This document shows positions 9,457-19,572 of a stretch of DNA of 63,853 nucleotides, one piece after another (positions within the stretch are counted from its first letter, which is position 1; each line of letters opens with the position of its first letter). The position numbers were made by a program, and so were the translations under genes. The stretch covers positions 1 through 63,853 of the forward strand of contig JBMTVN010000001.1 of the NCBI GenBank assembly GCA_049451415.1, given 5' to 3'. This DNA comes from Limisphaerales bacterium. Its GTDB lineage: Bacteria > Verrucomicrobiota > Verrucomicrobiia > Limisphaerales > JAHDYP01. The notes under the pieces were generated by a model. The model worked only from the letters and a program-made list of their open reading frames with translations, was not told where the DNA came from and made no database searches.

Positions 9457-10469
9457 AGCCAGTCTGGATCAGCGGTCTCGGAGCCGTCTCGCCTGCGGGT
9501 TGGGGTGTGGAGCCCCTGCTTGATGCGGTCCGGGTCGGCAGCCCGCTGTCCACCATCGCGGTCGATGGGCCCCGGACGTTTCAGGCCAGGCTGGTCCCAC
9601 GTCCAACCTCAAGGCCGGCTATCCTGAGCCACCCTCGACTGCGCCGGAGCAGCTCCATCTCGCAATATGCGGCAGCTGCTGCAGAGGAAGCCGTTCAGCA
9701 ACTGCCCTGCGGGATGGAAGAACTTGGCATCCTGTTTAGCACTATGTGCGGCTCGGTTCGCTATACCCGCCGTTTCTATGCGGAAACCCTGGAGAATCCT
9801 TCAACCGCAAGCCCGATCCTCTTTCCTGAAACGGTGTTCAACGCCCCCGCCAGCCACGTAGCCGCCGCCCTGCAGGCGCCGGTGCCGGCCTACTCCATTG
9901 TTGGCGATTCCAGCGTTTTCCTCCAAGCCTTGGCTACCGGGGCCAACTGGGTCGCATCGGGCTTCGTCAAGGCAGCCCTCATCATTGCTGCGGAGGAAAG
10001 TGATTGGTCTGTCATGGAAGGCTGGAGGCTGTTCAGTCGCCATACCATCATGGCCGAGGGAGCAGCAGCGCTCTGCCTGACTTCAGTGCCTCCGCAGGAC
10101 AATCCCGTCTTGCTGGAGGGAGTCTACGATCCCTTCCCCTTCGACGCGTGGGGTTCACCGCAAGCCGCGACTGCCGGGCTTGCCAGGCAAATGCCACCAG
10201 CCACCCCGGGCGAATATCTCGTCGATAGCCGGTCGGGCATCCCCTGCTCCGACACCCTTGAGAACGCACTCTGGCCATCATGGTCAGGACAGCGGACGTC
10301 CCCCCGGGCCATCCTTGGCGAGGCCATGAGCGCGGCCACTGGCTGGCAATGCGTCATCGCCGCCAGCCTGCTCTCCGGATCCCCTATGGATGACGCCACC
10401 CACGCCCGTATCGTGTCGGTCGGCTGCAACCACCAGGCCATGGGGGCCCGACTCGCCCGGAGCACGTGA
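9453..10469 (+). CDS. KS-like partner protein lacking the catalytic Cys and His residues (chain-length-factor-like)
   Basis: The ATG at 9453 overlaps the KS stop codon (ATGA). The N-terminus MKPVWISGLGAVSPAGWG is KS-like. Aligned to the upstream KS, NACASG becomes VGDSSV (Cys to Ser), NAHGTGT becomes VDSRSGI, and VGHLLGAAG becomes LGEAMSAATG. Length 338 aa. Confidence 0.7.
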   Translation: MKPVWISGLGAVSPAGWGVEPLLDAVRVGSPLSTIAVDGPRTFQARLVPRPTSRPAILSHPRLRRSSSISQYAAAAAEEAVQQLPCGMEELGILFSTMCGSVRYTRRFYAETLENPSTASPILFPETVFNAPASHVAAALQAPVPAYSIVGDSSVFLQALATGANWVASGFVKAALIIAAEESDWSVMEGWRLFSRHTIMAEGAAALCLTSVPPQDNPVLLEGVYDPFPFDAWGSPQAATAGLARQMPPATPGEYLVDSRSGIPCSDTLENALWPSWSGQRTSPRAILGEAMSAATGWQCVIAASLLSGSPMDDATHARIVSVGCNHQAMGARLARST

Positions 10470-10572
10470 AGGCGCATCAAAGCCACGCGGGGCATGACTT
10501 CTGTCCATTTCTGTCTTGTCGCCACCCCGTCACCACCCACAACCTTCCACAGAGCAAACACCCAGCCGTGCG

Positions 10573-10872
10573 ATGGAAGCTAACCAGGAATTCAAGAACA
10601 AGCTGAAGGAACTCCTCGTGGAGAACCTTATGCTTCAGGTCACCCCCGAGGAAATCGCCGATAGCCAACCCCTGTTTGGCCCGGGCAGCCTGGGTTTAGA
10701 CTCCGTGGATGCCCTGCAGCTTGTTGTGGTTCTGGACAAGAATTACGGGTTGAAGATTCCCGATCCGGATGCCGCAAGGTCGATACTCGAAAGTGTGAGC
10801 ACAATCGCGGACGCCATCAGCAAACTACCTGCGCCAACTGGCGGCTCGTCGACGGAGACCCAGTCCGGCTAG
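10573..10872 (+). CDS. Acyl carrier protein (phosphopantetheine-binding)
   Basis: The LGLDSVDALQLVVVLDKNYGL motif carries the Ser attachment site (DS). The ATG at 10573 gives a 99-aa product. The track ORF begins earlier, at 10516. Confidence 0.8.
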   Translation: MEANQEFKNKLKELLVENLMLQVTPEEIADSQPLFGPGSLGLDSVDALQLVVVLDKNYGLKIPDPDAARSILESVSTIADAISKLPAPTGGSSTETQSG

Positions 10873-12146
10873 GCCTTCTGCCCCGCCGAGGATTCGGCGC
10901 TCGGTATCGGACACAGGGAACGCCGCAGGAGCGGCACGGTCATGGCGGTGGTCACGAGGGCCATGAGCACAAACATGGTGAAGAGCACCGGGGTGAGCAA
11001 CCCGAGCTCCATGGCCACGTTGATTGCCACCAGTCCCATCAGCGCCCGCGTATTCATCAAGGCCGCGATACCAAATGCTTCACGTCCCGGCTGGCCTGAA
11101 AGTCGGGCACCCAGATAACACCCGCCGAGCTTCCCTCCCACTGCCGCCACCATCACCACCATCGCTCCCCACCAGGCCAACGGCGTAGTCAGGGCACCGA
11201 TCTCGGTGCGCAATCCGGTGTTGGTGAAGAAAATCGGCACCAGCGCCACCAGGACAAAATCCGAGAACCTCTCGCGCCACGCCTGCACCAAATCGCGCTG
11301 CTGATGTAGCGCGACTCCAAACAAGAACGCACCGAAAAGAGAGAAAACCCCGAGAAGGCTGGCGGCCACACAGGAAAGGAACAACCCCGCCAGCAGGACC
11401 GCCAGGTAGCTTTTGTGCAGCAGAGGAGGCTGCCCCTCCACTTGACCGGCCTGCCACATCCGACGCAGCAACGGCCCGACCACGCGTTGCAGGAGCAGGA
11501 ACAGCCCGACTAAGCCCGCCACCTGTAGTCCGAGCCGCCCCGGAGAAAAGCCTGACTGCACCAGCGCCGTCCCTGCCGCGAGGAAGATCCAGCCTACCAC
11601 GTCGTCAATCGCCGCGGAGCTGATCGCCATAGCTCCCAGGGGGGTATGCTCCAGGCCCATCTCGATTAGGATTCTCCCCATGATGGGCAGTGCCGAGATG
11701 GTCAACGCGATACAGACAAAAATCTGGAACCCAAGAAATGGAAGCTCCGGGGAAAACGTCCGGTGCAGCCAGGGGGCGATCAGCAAGCCGGCGGCGGCCG
11801 GTGCCAACAACCCCATCAAGGAAACCAGACCGACGGTGCGTGACCGTGTTCGCAGGTGGCCGTAGTCAAACTCCATCCCCACCTGAAACAGCAGCAGAAT
11901 GAGACCGACCTTGGCCAGGATCTGCAGGGATTTCTGGGTCGAATCCGGGAAGAGGAACTGCATGGCCTCCGGCCAAAGAGCCCCAAGCACCGAGGGCCCG
12001 AGAAGCAACCCGGCCGTGATCTCCCCCACCGCCAGGGGTTGCCCCACGGCCAGAGCCAAACGGCCAAACCCCCGGGCCAGGAGCAGGATCACGACCCATT
12101 CCACCAGGACCAGCACCAGATGGCTTTCAATCGATGTCGGATTCAT
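10869..12146 (-). CDS. Cation:proton antiporter (CPA2/Kef-type Na+/H+ exchanger family)
   Basis: 425 aa and polytopic. The N-terminus GQPLAVGEITAGLLLGPSVLG is typical of the Na_H_exchanger family. Its 3' end overlaps the convergent ACP gene by 4 nt. Confidence 0.85.
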   Translation of the reverse strand: MNPTSIESHLVLVLVEWVVILLLARGFGRLALAVGQPLAVGEITAGLLLGPSVLGALWPEAMQFLFPDSTQKSLQILAKVGLILLLFQVGMEFDYGHLRTRSRTVGLVSLMGLLAPAAAGLLIAPWLHRTFSPELPFLGFQIFVCIALTISALPIMGRILIEMGLEHTPLGAMAISSAAIDDVVGWIFLAAGTALVQSGFSPGRLGLQVAGLVGLFLLLQRVVGPLLRRMWQAGQVEGQPPLLHKSYLAVLLAGLFLSCVAASLLGVFSLFGAFLFGVALHQQRDLVQAWRERFSDFVLVALVPIFFTNTGLRTEIGALTTPLAWWGAMVVMVAAVGGKLGGCYLGARLSGQPGREAFGIAALMNTRALMGLVAINVAMELGLLTPVLFTMFVLMALVTTAMTVPLLRRSLCPIPSAESSAGQKA

Positions 12147-12189
12147 GCAATCCCTTGAGGCCTGGGCCTTATCCCCCGCGATGGAACTT

Positions 12190-12242
12190 CAAAAAAACAC
12201 CCCGCTAGTCAAAGCCCCCTGCGGGAGCCCTCGACAGCGGGG
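12190..12242 (-). terminator. Probable intrinsic terminator after the glutathione peroxidase gene
   Basis: On the minus strand, CCCCGCT (12242-12236) pairs with AGCGGGG (12206-12200). They enclose a GC-rich inner hairpin and are followed by TGTTTTTTT. Confidence 0.5.
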
Positions 12243-12272
12243 CGATATTGCAGAAAAGGGTGAGGCGGCTGA

Positions 12273-12824
12273 TTACTTGCCCTGCGCCAGAGCCTTGTCG
12301 ATCGCGGCGAGAAGCTCCGGTGCATCCGGGGCTGTCCGGGGCTCGAAGCGGGCCAGGATCTTGCCGTCGCGGCTGATCAGGAACTTGCCGAAATTCCAAG
12401 CCACATCGCCGGGAAAGGGCGATCCCGGACCAGACAACGCCGTGTAGAGGGCGTGCTGCCCTTGGCCCTTCACGTGCAGCTTGTCGAACATCGGAAAGGA
12501 CACGTCAAAGTTGTCTTTGCAGAACTTCTGAATCTCCTGGTTGGAGCCTGGTTCCTGTCCGGCAAAGTCGTTGCAGGGGAAACCGAGGACCGTGAGTCCC
12601 TTGGCTTTGTGGTCGCGATACAGCTTTTCCAAACCGGCATATTGGGGAGTCAGGCCGCACTTGGAAGCCACATTGACCACCAGCAGGACTTGGCCTTCGT
12701 AGGCCTTAAGCGAGGTGTCCTTGCCTTGGATGTCCTTCAGCGGAATATCGTATAAGGCCGGAGTCGCGGCGGATACGGCGCACGCAGTGAAAACAGACAA
12801 CACCATCAAAAGGTTGAATTGCAT
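12273..12824 (-). CDS. Glutathione peroxidase, secreted (signal peptide)
   Basis: VLLVVNVASKCGLTPQY carries the peroxidatic Cys. LGFPCNDFAGQEPGSNQEIQKFC is also present. Signal peptide: MQFNLLMVLSVFTACAVSAA. Confidence 0.9.
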   Translation of the reverse strand: MQFNLLMVLSVFTACAVSAATPALYDIPLKDIQGKDTSLKAYEGQVLLVVNVASKCGLTPQYAGLEKLYRDHKAKGLTVLGFPCNDFAGQEPGSNQEIQKFCKDNFDVSFPMFDKLHVKGQGQHALYTALSGPGSPFPGDVAWNFGKFLISRDGKILARFEPRTAPDAPELLAAIDKALAQGK

Positions 12825-13007
12825 GGATTAGACAATGCCACCACTCCATCGGCTGTCAAATCCCACATCCACCCCTGACCGCCGGCAAAAGCGGCAAAAA
12901 CCAAGCGTGATGAGAATGGGCTGCATCGGGAGCAGAAGTCACGAGGACGCGGTAAAAAGCGACCGAAACACGGATGGCGTTAACGATATGGAAGACACCA
13001 CCCCGAC

Positions 13008-15203
13008 TCAAAAAGCCGGCACAAACCGCATTTCATGGAATGCGAAAGCCCACTGGTCCGCTGCCTCTTCAAGTTGCGGATCCCACCGTCCAGCAACTGA
13101 GCGACCTCCATCGTCCTGCACCCGCAGCAGGATAGGATTGTCGCCAATGTGGTGTGCCTGCAGGGCGGCTGCGAACTTGAAGCTATGACCGGGAATCACC
13201 CTGCGATCATGTGCTGGAGTCGCGATGAGAGCCGACGGATAAACCGCCCCCGGCCTGACCTGATGCAATGGGGAATAGGCGCGCAATGCTTGGAACATGC
13301 CCGGATCTTTGACATCGCCATATTCTGACACCCAGGCCCACCCGATCGTGAACTGTGAAAACCGCAGCATGTCAAAGACCCCCACCGATGGCAGGGCAAC
13401 GCCGAACAAACCGGGACGCTGGGTCATACAGGCCCCGACCAAAAGGCCGCCATTGCTGCCACCGGCAATCGCCAGCCGTCGAGGATTCGTCACATCGTTT
13501 GCGACCAACCATTCCGCTGCGGCGATGCAATCATCAAAGGTATTCTGTTTGTTGCGTCCCATACCGCCTTGGTGCCAGCCCTCGCCATACTCCCCTCCTC
13601 CACGCAAGGCAGGAACCGCGTACACCCCGCCAAGCTCCATCCAAACCAGCGGCGCGACATCAAACCGGGGCTTCATGCTCACCCCAAAGCCACCGAAGCC
13701 ATACAACAGCGTAGGACGTTCTCCATCCATCACCATGTCTTTCCGATGACAAAGAAACATGGGGAGAGACGTGCCGTCACGGCTGCGCACCATCACTTGC
13801 CTGGTTTGAAACCGCGCAGGGTCCAGCTGAAGTGGAGGTGCAAACCAAACGTTAGCGGCATTCTTAAGCGGGTCGAATCTGTAGATGGTGGGAGGCGTTA
13901 CGAAGCTGGAGAAGTTGAAGTAGACGGCTTCGCTTCCCGGTGAACTTTCCACCCCCACCAGCGAGCCCATCCCGGGCAGCTGCACGTCGCCCAAAAACCG
14001 ACCGCGTAGATCCACCATGCGCAACCGCGAGGTGACGTTGTCCAGATAGCGAAGATACAGACGCTCGCCGGCGAGGGTCGCACCCTCCAATCGATGCTCT
14101 CCCTGTGGGACGGCCTCAGTGATCAGGGGCTGATCCCCTTGACTGACATCTACCGCCAGCAGCCTGCCCAAGGGAGCCCCCAGATCGGTCAGGAAGAAAA
14201 GCCTGTCCCCCTGACTCCCGACAAAGCTATAGGCAGCGTCAAAATCGGGCAGCAAATCCTCCATCACCCACTGTTGCTGATCCAGTCGGAGCAGCATGAC
14301 CCCGGTTGCGGCCGAAGTGCCCTCTGACACCGTCACCACCAGATAATGTCCGTCATTCGAAATCTGGGGATAATAGTTCCAAGCAGGCCGCTGCGGGCGC
14401 TCGAGGACCAGTTGGTCCTGCTCCTGCGAAGTCCCCAAACGATGAAACCAGAGCTGATGCAGCTGGCTGAATCCCTCTTCCCCGGCAGCACTCTCATTCC
14501 GGCTGGCAAACCGACTGTAAAAGAAACCGGCTGCATCCCGCGTCCAGACGGTATTCGATAAATGCACACCGTGGATCTCATCCTCCATCACACGGCCTGT
14601 CTGCACCTCCAGCACCCTCCATGTCTCAGCAGACTGCCCCTCCTCGCTCACGCCATACGCAACCCAACGCCCATCCCAGCTTGGTGCAAAGTCAGCCAAA
14701 TAGACCTTCCCGCCACCCGGCGCCATCAAGCCGGCAGGGTCCAGCACCAGGCGCGGTTCAGCCGCGTCCGCCGCCTGGTAATAGAGCGCGCCCCGTCCCC
14801 GCGCCCCGCGCCCCGCCGACCAGAACAAGCCCCCGTTCCTTTGCACCGGCAGGCTGCGACGTTCATAGTCCCACAGCGCAGCCATGCGAGACCTGATCCC
14901 TTCACGGGCCGGCAGCTGCGACAAATACTCTGAGGTGAGCTGGGTTTGCGCCATCACCCACGCCCGCACGGGTGGTGCTTCATCATTCTCCAGCCAGCGA
15001 AAAGGATCCGGCACAGACACACCGTGGTAGACATCCACCACATCGTTTGTCGGGCTAAAGGGATAAACCGGCCTCGCTGACACAAAACCGGCAGGCGCGT
15101 CGACCTGCTGCGGCTTCGCGTCCCCGGATGCACAACCAACCATCCCGAGGCCCAGCACGACCGATACCGAGGCCAAGACTATCCAATCCAACTTGCAGTT
15201 CAT
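13008..15203 (-). CDS. Prolyl oligopeptidase (S9A serine peptidase), lipoprotein
   Basis: 731 aa. It has a beta-propeller N-terminal part, the nucleophile elbow IAGGSNGGLLVGA, and a lipobox (LGMVGC). Confidence 0.9.
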   Translation of the reverse strand: MNCKLDWIVLASVSVVLGLGMVGCASGDAKPQQVDAPAGFVSARPVYPFSPTNDVVDVYHGVSVPDPFRWLENDEAPPVRAWVMAQTQLTSEYLSQLPAREGIRSRMAALWDYERRSLPVQRNGGLFWSAGRGARGRGALYYQAADAAEPRLVLDPAGLMAPGGGKVYLADFAPSWDGRWVAYGVSEEGQSAETWRVLEVQTGRVMEDEIHGVHLSNTVWTRDAAGFFYSRFASRNESAAGEEGFSQLHQLWFHRLGTSQEQDQLVLERPQRPAWNYYPQISNDGHYLVVTVSEGTSAATGVMLLRLDQQQWVMEDLLPDFDAAYSFVGSQGDRLFFLTDLGAPLGRLLAVDVSQGDQPLITEAVPQGEHRLEGATLAGERLYLRYLDNVTSRLRMVDLRGRFLGDVQLPGMGSLVGVESSPGSEAVYFNFSSFVTPPTIYRFDPLKNAANVWFAPPLQLDPARFQTRQVMVRSRDGTSLPMFLCHRKDMVMDGERPTLLYGFGGFGVSMKPRFDVAPLVWMELGGVYAVPALRGGGEYGEGWHQGGMGRNKQNTFDDCIAAAEWLVANDVTNPRRLAIAGGSNGGLLVGACMTQRPGLFGVALPSVGVFDMLRFSQFTIGWAWVSEYGDVKDPGMFQALRAYSPLHQVRPGAVYPSALIATPAHDRRVIPGHSFKFAAALQAHHIGDNPILLRVQDDGGRSVAGRWDPQLEEAADQWAFAFHEMRFVPAF

Positions 15204-15209
15204 CAGAAA

Positions 15210-16502
15210 TCAGGGGTTCGCACCCGGCGCCCAATCGTTGAGATCCAACTCGTCCACACTTGCACCGGGTAGCAGATCCAACAACGCCATCGCTTCCCCG
15301 ACAAGATAAAGGGAACCCGTCACGACCACAAAAGGCTCTGCCTCGAAACTCTGCAGCGCAGCCGCCAAAGAGGGCGCCACCTGTACATCGGCTGCCGCCT
15401 GTCCCGGAAGTCTGCAGGCCTCAGCCAGTGATTCCGGAGCCAGGCCACGATCACTGCGAACCGGCACCACCAAAATCCTCCGCGCACAACGTGCCAGCCT
15501 CACCGCCATTGCCCCCCAATCCTTGTCCTGCAGCATCCCGATAATAAAAACAGGGCTCTCGGCGGGAAAGGCATGCCGCATCCCGTCCACCAGGGCCTGG
15601 ATTCCGGAAGGATTATGCGCCCCATCCAGCAACAGCCTGCCCCCACCCTGAGCTGTCACCACCTGCATCCGCCCGGGCCACTCCACCCCGGACAAACCCA
15701 GCTGGATGGCCTCGTCCTCCACCGGGATGCGCCGACGCAAAGCCCGCGCTGTCGCCACGCTTAGAGCTGCGTTCGCCCGTTGATGCAGCCCGGGCAGGGC
15801 ACAATCCCAGCCTGGAGGCAAACCGCATCCTTCAACCTGAGGATCCACCACGGTCAACGAAGACTCCAATTCCTCTGTTCGCGCGCGGAGCACATCCAGG
15901 ACAGTCGAATCCTGCGCCGCGCTCACCACCGGCACACCGCGCTTGATGATTCCGGCCTTCTCCACCGCGATCTCACTGAGTGTCGCCCCCAGCCAACGCA
16001 TGTGATCGAGGTGAATGCTGGTAATAACGCTGGCCTCCGGCAGGACAATGTTCGTGGCGTCCAATCGCCCCCCCATCCCGGTTTCCCAAATCACCAAGTC
16101 GCAATCCTGATCCACAAAATGCAGGAGTGCCATCACGGTTATCACCTCAAAAAACGTGGGACAATGCTCTGCCGGGAAAGCCCCAATCCAACCCCGCATC
16201 GCCATCGCCAGCCGTACCACCGCACCTTCCCCGATCCACTCCCGATTGACCTGCATCCGCTCGCGAAAGGAAACCAGGTGAGGAGAAGTGAATAGGCCGA
16301 CGCGATAACCCGCACGTCGATAAATGGCCTCGAGCATCGCACAGGTGGAACCCTTGCCATTTGTCCCCGCCACATGGATGAAGCGAAGACGCTTCTGTGG
16401 GTCACCGGCCATCGCAGCCAGCGCACGGGTATTGTCCAAACCCAGCTTTAGTCCATGAAGCCGAAGGCCATACAAAAACCCTATCGCGTCAGAATAATTC
16501 AT
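15210..16502 (-). CDS. folC: Folylpolyglutamate synthase / dihydrofolate synthase
   Basis: P-loop HVAGTNGKGST and Mur-ligase-family layout. The ATG at 16502 gives the typical N-terminus MNYSDAIGFLYGL. The track ORF extends to 16535. Confidence 0.85.
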   Translation of the reverse strand: MNYSDAIGFLYGLRLHGLKLGLDNTRALAAMAGDPQKRLRFIHVAGTNGKGSTCAMLEAIYRRAGYRVGLFTSPHLVSFRERMQVNREWIGEGAVVRLAMAMRGWIGAFPAEHCPTFFEVITVMALLHFVDQDCDLVIWETGMGGRLDATNIVLPEASVITSIHLDHMRWLGATLSEIAVEKAGIIKRGVPVVSAAQDSTVLDVLRARTEELESSLTVVDPQVEGCGLPPGWDCALPGLHQRANAALSVATARALRRRIPVEDEAIQLGLSGVEWPGRMQVVTAQGGGRLLLDGAHNPSGIQALVDGMRHAFPAESPVFIIGMLQDKDWGAMAVRLARCARRILVVPVRSDRGLAPESLAEACRLPGQAAADVQVAPSLAAALQSFEAEPFVVVTGSLYLVGEAMALLDLLPGASVDELDLNDWAPGANP

Positions 16503-16547
16503 GCCCGATACACCAGCGGACGAATGAACTTCCACTCAGGCCCCGCG

Positions 16548-18179
16548 TCAAGACGCTGAGCCCGAATTCATCGAGCGATGGTGCATGTGATGGTGCACCG
16601 CAGCGATGAAGCCCCTGAAAAGGGGGTGCGGCTGATGCGGCTTGCTGTGAAACTCCGGATGATACTGGCAGGCCATGTAGAACGGATGGTTGGCCAGTTC
16701 AATCAACTCCACGAGTTTCCCGTCCGGCGAAGCTCCGCTGATAATGAAACCCGCCTTTTCAAACTGCTCCCGGTATTCGTGGTTGAACTCGAACCGATGC
16801 CGGTGTCGTTCGTGCACCAGAAATGCCCCATACAAGTGCGCAGCCTTGGTTCCAATGGCCAGCTGGCAGGGCTGGGCACCGAGCCGCATGGTCCCGCCTT
16901 TGCTGGTCACCTGACGCTGGGCATCCAGCAGGGTAATCACCGGATGCGGAGTCTCGGGATCGAGCTCCGTGGAATGGGCATGTTCCAGGCCCAGCACGTG
17001 CCGGGCAAATTCAATGGTGGCAATCTGCATCCCCAGGCACAGCCCGAAATACGGCACCTGATGCTCCCGCGCATAACGTGCGGCCTGGATCTTGCCCTCC
17101 GTTCCGCGTCGACCAAAGCCGCCGGGCACCAGCAAGCCTCCCAGCCCACTCAGCAATGCCTCCGGTCCCTGCCGCTCAATGTCCTCGCTGTCGACCTTGA
17201 CGATCTCAACCCCGCAATCATTGGCAATGCCCCCGTGGATGACCGCTTCATACACCGACTTGTATGCGTCCTGCAGCTCGACGTATTTGCCCACCACCCC
17301 GATACGCACGCGGTGAGCGGGTGCAATCAGCTTACGAATGATCTCCTGCCAGTGGCTCATGTTGGCCGGCGCAGTATCCAGGCGAAGATAGTCACACACC
17401 TGCTCATCCAACCGCTCCCGCTGGAGCATCAGCGGCACCTCATAGATGCTGTGATCCACGTCCTTCTCCTCGATCACCGACTCAAAAGCCACGTTGCAGA
17501 ACAGCGAGATTTTCCGACGCAGCTCCTTGTCCAAGGGACGGTCGCAACGGCAAACCAAAATCTGCGGCGCAATGCCAATTTCGCGCAGCTTGGCCACCGA
17601 CTGCTGCGTGGGCTTGGTCTTCAGCTCTCCCGCAGCACGAATGAAAGGCACATAGGTCACGTGAAGAAACAGCGCGTTGGATGGCCCCACCTCCAAGGCA
17701 AACTCACGAATCGCCTCCAGGAACGGCAGCCCTTCAATATCTCCTGTTGTCCCCCCGATCTCGGTGATCACCACGTCCGCATCCGCCGTGTCAGCCCATT
17801 GCCGGATCCGCTTCTTGATCTCATCCGTCACATGCGGGATCACCTGCACCGTCTTGCCCAGATAATCCCCGCGCCGTTCCTGATCCAGAACCGTCTGGTA
17901 GACCTGGCCGCTGGTCAGATTGTTGGTCCGCCCCAGCTTGACGCTGGTGAAACGTTCGTAATGACCGAGGTCGAGATCCGTTTCCGCTCCATCATCCAGC
18001 ACATACACTTCACCGTGCTGGTAGGGACTCATGGTCCCGGGATCCACATTCAGGTAGGGATCAAACTTCTGCAGCACCACCTTGAGACCGCGATTCTCCA
18101 GCAGGGTGCCCAACGACGCAGCCGTCAACCCCTTGCCCAGGGAACTTACCACCCCGCCAGTCACAAAGATGTACTTCAT
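16548..18179 (-). CDS. pyrG: CTP synthase
   Basis: [18 protein letters not shown]-terminus and glutaminase motif GLCLGMQ. The start is ambiguous: ATG at 18179 or 18194, or TTG at 18197. The last two overlap the kdsB stop codon. Confidence 0.92.
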   Translation of the reverse strand: MKYIFVTGGVVSSLGKGLTAASLGTLLENRGLKVVLQKFDPYLNVDPGTMSPYQHGEVYVLDDGAETDLDLGHYERFTSVKLGRTNNLTSGQVYQTVLDQERRGDYLGKTVQVIPHVTDEIKKRIRQWADTADADVVITEIGGTTGDIEGLPFLEAIREFALEVGPSNALFLHVTYVPFIRAAGELKTKPTQQSVAKLREIGIAPQILVCRCDRPLDKELRRKISLFCNVAFESVIEEKDVDHSIYEVPLMLQRERLDEQVCDYLRLDTAPANMSHWQEIIRKLIAPAHRVRIGVVGKYVELQDAYKSVYEAVIHGGIANDCGVEIVKVDSEDIERQGPEALLSGLGGLLVPGGFGRRGTEGKIQAARYAREHQVPYFGLCLGMQIATIEFARHVLGLEHAHSTELDPETPHPVITLLDAQRQVTSKGGTMRLGAQPCQLAIGTKAAHLYGAFLVHERHRHRFEFNHEYREQFEKAGFIISGASPDGKLVELIELANHPFYMACQYHPEFHSKPHQPHPLFRGFIAAVHHHMHHRSMNSGSAS

Positions 18180-18193
18180 AGTTCGCGATTTCA

Positions 18194-18934
18194 TCAAAGC
18201 TGCCTCAAAAGGGCTTCCACCCGTGCCACATCAGCCGGCCGATCCACCCCTACTCCACGCTCTTCCGCCCGGATCACACGAATCTCCACGTCGTTCTCCA
18301 ATGCCCGCAGCTGCTCCAGGCACTCAGCTGCCTCCAACCCCGAAACCGGAAAACCTACCAGCCGTTCCAAAGTCTCACGCCGGTATCCGTAAATCCCCAG
18401 GTGCCTTAAAAAAGGAAACGCCGCCAATTGCTCGTTCACCGAACGATCGACGGCTTCTCGGAGATACGGAATCGTACGCCGGGAGAAATATAGGGCCCGC
18501 CCCGAAGCGCTGACAACGACTTTCACCACGTTGGGATCATCCAGCTCATCAGCTCCTGCCAAGGGCGTCGCCGCAGTCACCATCTCCGCCCCCGCCAGCC
18601 CCTCCGCCAGCCGGTCAATCAATCCCGGATCCACCAAGGGCTCATCCCCCTGGACATTGACCACTCCGTCACAGTCCAGCCTCCGGGCGACCTCCGCCAC
18701 CCGATCTGTCCCGCTCGGATGCTCCCCTGAGGTCATCTCTACCCGGCAAAACGGCGAAACCACCCGGGCAATCCGGTCATCGTCTGTCGCAACAACGACA
18801 TCTGAGAGTCGGCCGGCCTGCTGGACCCGCTCAACCACCCATAATACAAGTGGCTTACCTGCAATGGGAACCAGCGGCTTCCCTGGAAATCGCGTCGAAC
18901 CGTACCGGGCTGGAATAATCCCCACCGTTTTCAC
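18194..18934 (-). CDS. kdsB: 3-deoxy-manno-octulosonate cytidylyltransferase (CMP-KDO synthetase)
   Basis: N-terminus [21 protein letters not shown] and the motif VNVQGDEPL. Confidence 0.9.
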   Translation of the reverse strand: MKTVGIIPARYGSTRFPGKPLVPIAGKPLVLWVVERVQQAGRLSDVVVATDDDRIARVVSPFCRVEMTSGEHPSGTDRVAEVARRLDCDGVVNVQGDEPLVDPGLIDRLAEGLAGAEMVTAATPLAGADELDDPNVVKVVVSASGRALYFSRRTIPYLREAVDRSVNEQLAAFPFLRHLGIYGYRRETLERLVGFPVSGLEAAECLEQLRALENDVEIRVIRAEERGVGVDRPADVARVEALLRQL

Positions 18935-19030
18935 GGTCAGGAATTAAGCCACAGGGCGTCCCCTGAGGAAATAGTGAATTGCGGACTCAAGGGTGAATCA
19001 TCCCTACCCTTAGGCCTAATGCCTGCCGCT

Positions 19031-19570
19031 TTATGCCAGCTGAGCTGCGAGTTCTGCCAGGTTCTCCACCACCAGAGCCCGCTTCCCGAGCTCGGGTTGT
19101 TCTTCCACCAACCGAGCCCCGTAACCCGTTCTGACAAGCACACTCAGCCTCACCCCGGCGTTCCAACCGCACTCCAGGTCGATTCGCTTGTCCCCCACCA
19201 TAAGGCTCTCTGCCAGATTCACCCCGAACTCTTCCCTGGCATCCAGAAGGAACTGGGGCGAGGGCTTGCGCCCCCGGCCCGGCTCTCCGGGCGCCTCGGG
19301 GGCAAAGTAGATCTTCCGGAAGATCGAATCCTCCGCGTCTCCCCCGAGAAGGTGCACCATTCGGGCGTTCACCGAGTGCATGTCATCCTCCGAGTAATAG
19401 CCCCGCCCGATACCCGACTGGTTGGTCACCACAAACAAGACCCAACCTGCTTTTCTCAACCGGGCGACCCCCTCCAGTGCACCCGGGCACAGCTCCACTC
19501 CGGCCGGATCACCCAGATAACTTTTCTCCAGGATCAAAGTGCCGTCCCGATCCAGAAACACGGCTCGCAT
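19031..19570 (-). CDS. gmhB: D-glycero-D-manno-heptose 1,7-bisphosphate phosphatase (HAD-IIIA)
   Basis: HAD motif I (FLDRDGTL), VVTNQSGIGRGYY and GDKRIDLECG. Confidence 0.8.
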   Translation of the reverse strand: MRAVFLDRDGTLILEKSYLGDPAGVELCPGALEGVARLRKAGWVLFVVTNQSGIGRGYYSEDDMHSVNARMVHLLGGDAEDSIFRKIYFAPEAPGEPGRGRKPSPQFLLDAREEFGVNLAESLMVGDKRIDLECGWNAGVRLSVLVRTGYGARLVEEQPELGKRALVVENLAELAAQLA

Positions 19571-19572
19571 GG

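Noticed and set aside
16578-18392. 604-aa plus-strand ORF
   Set aside because: It is antisense to pyrG, whose identity is unambiguous. It is a high-GC antisense artefact. The same reasoning applies to 21144-22346 (antisense to the hydrolase and thiG), 27124-28365 (antisense to DUF58), 37917-38537, 59072-59914 and similar ORFs.
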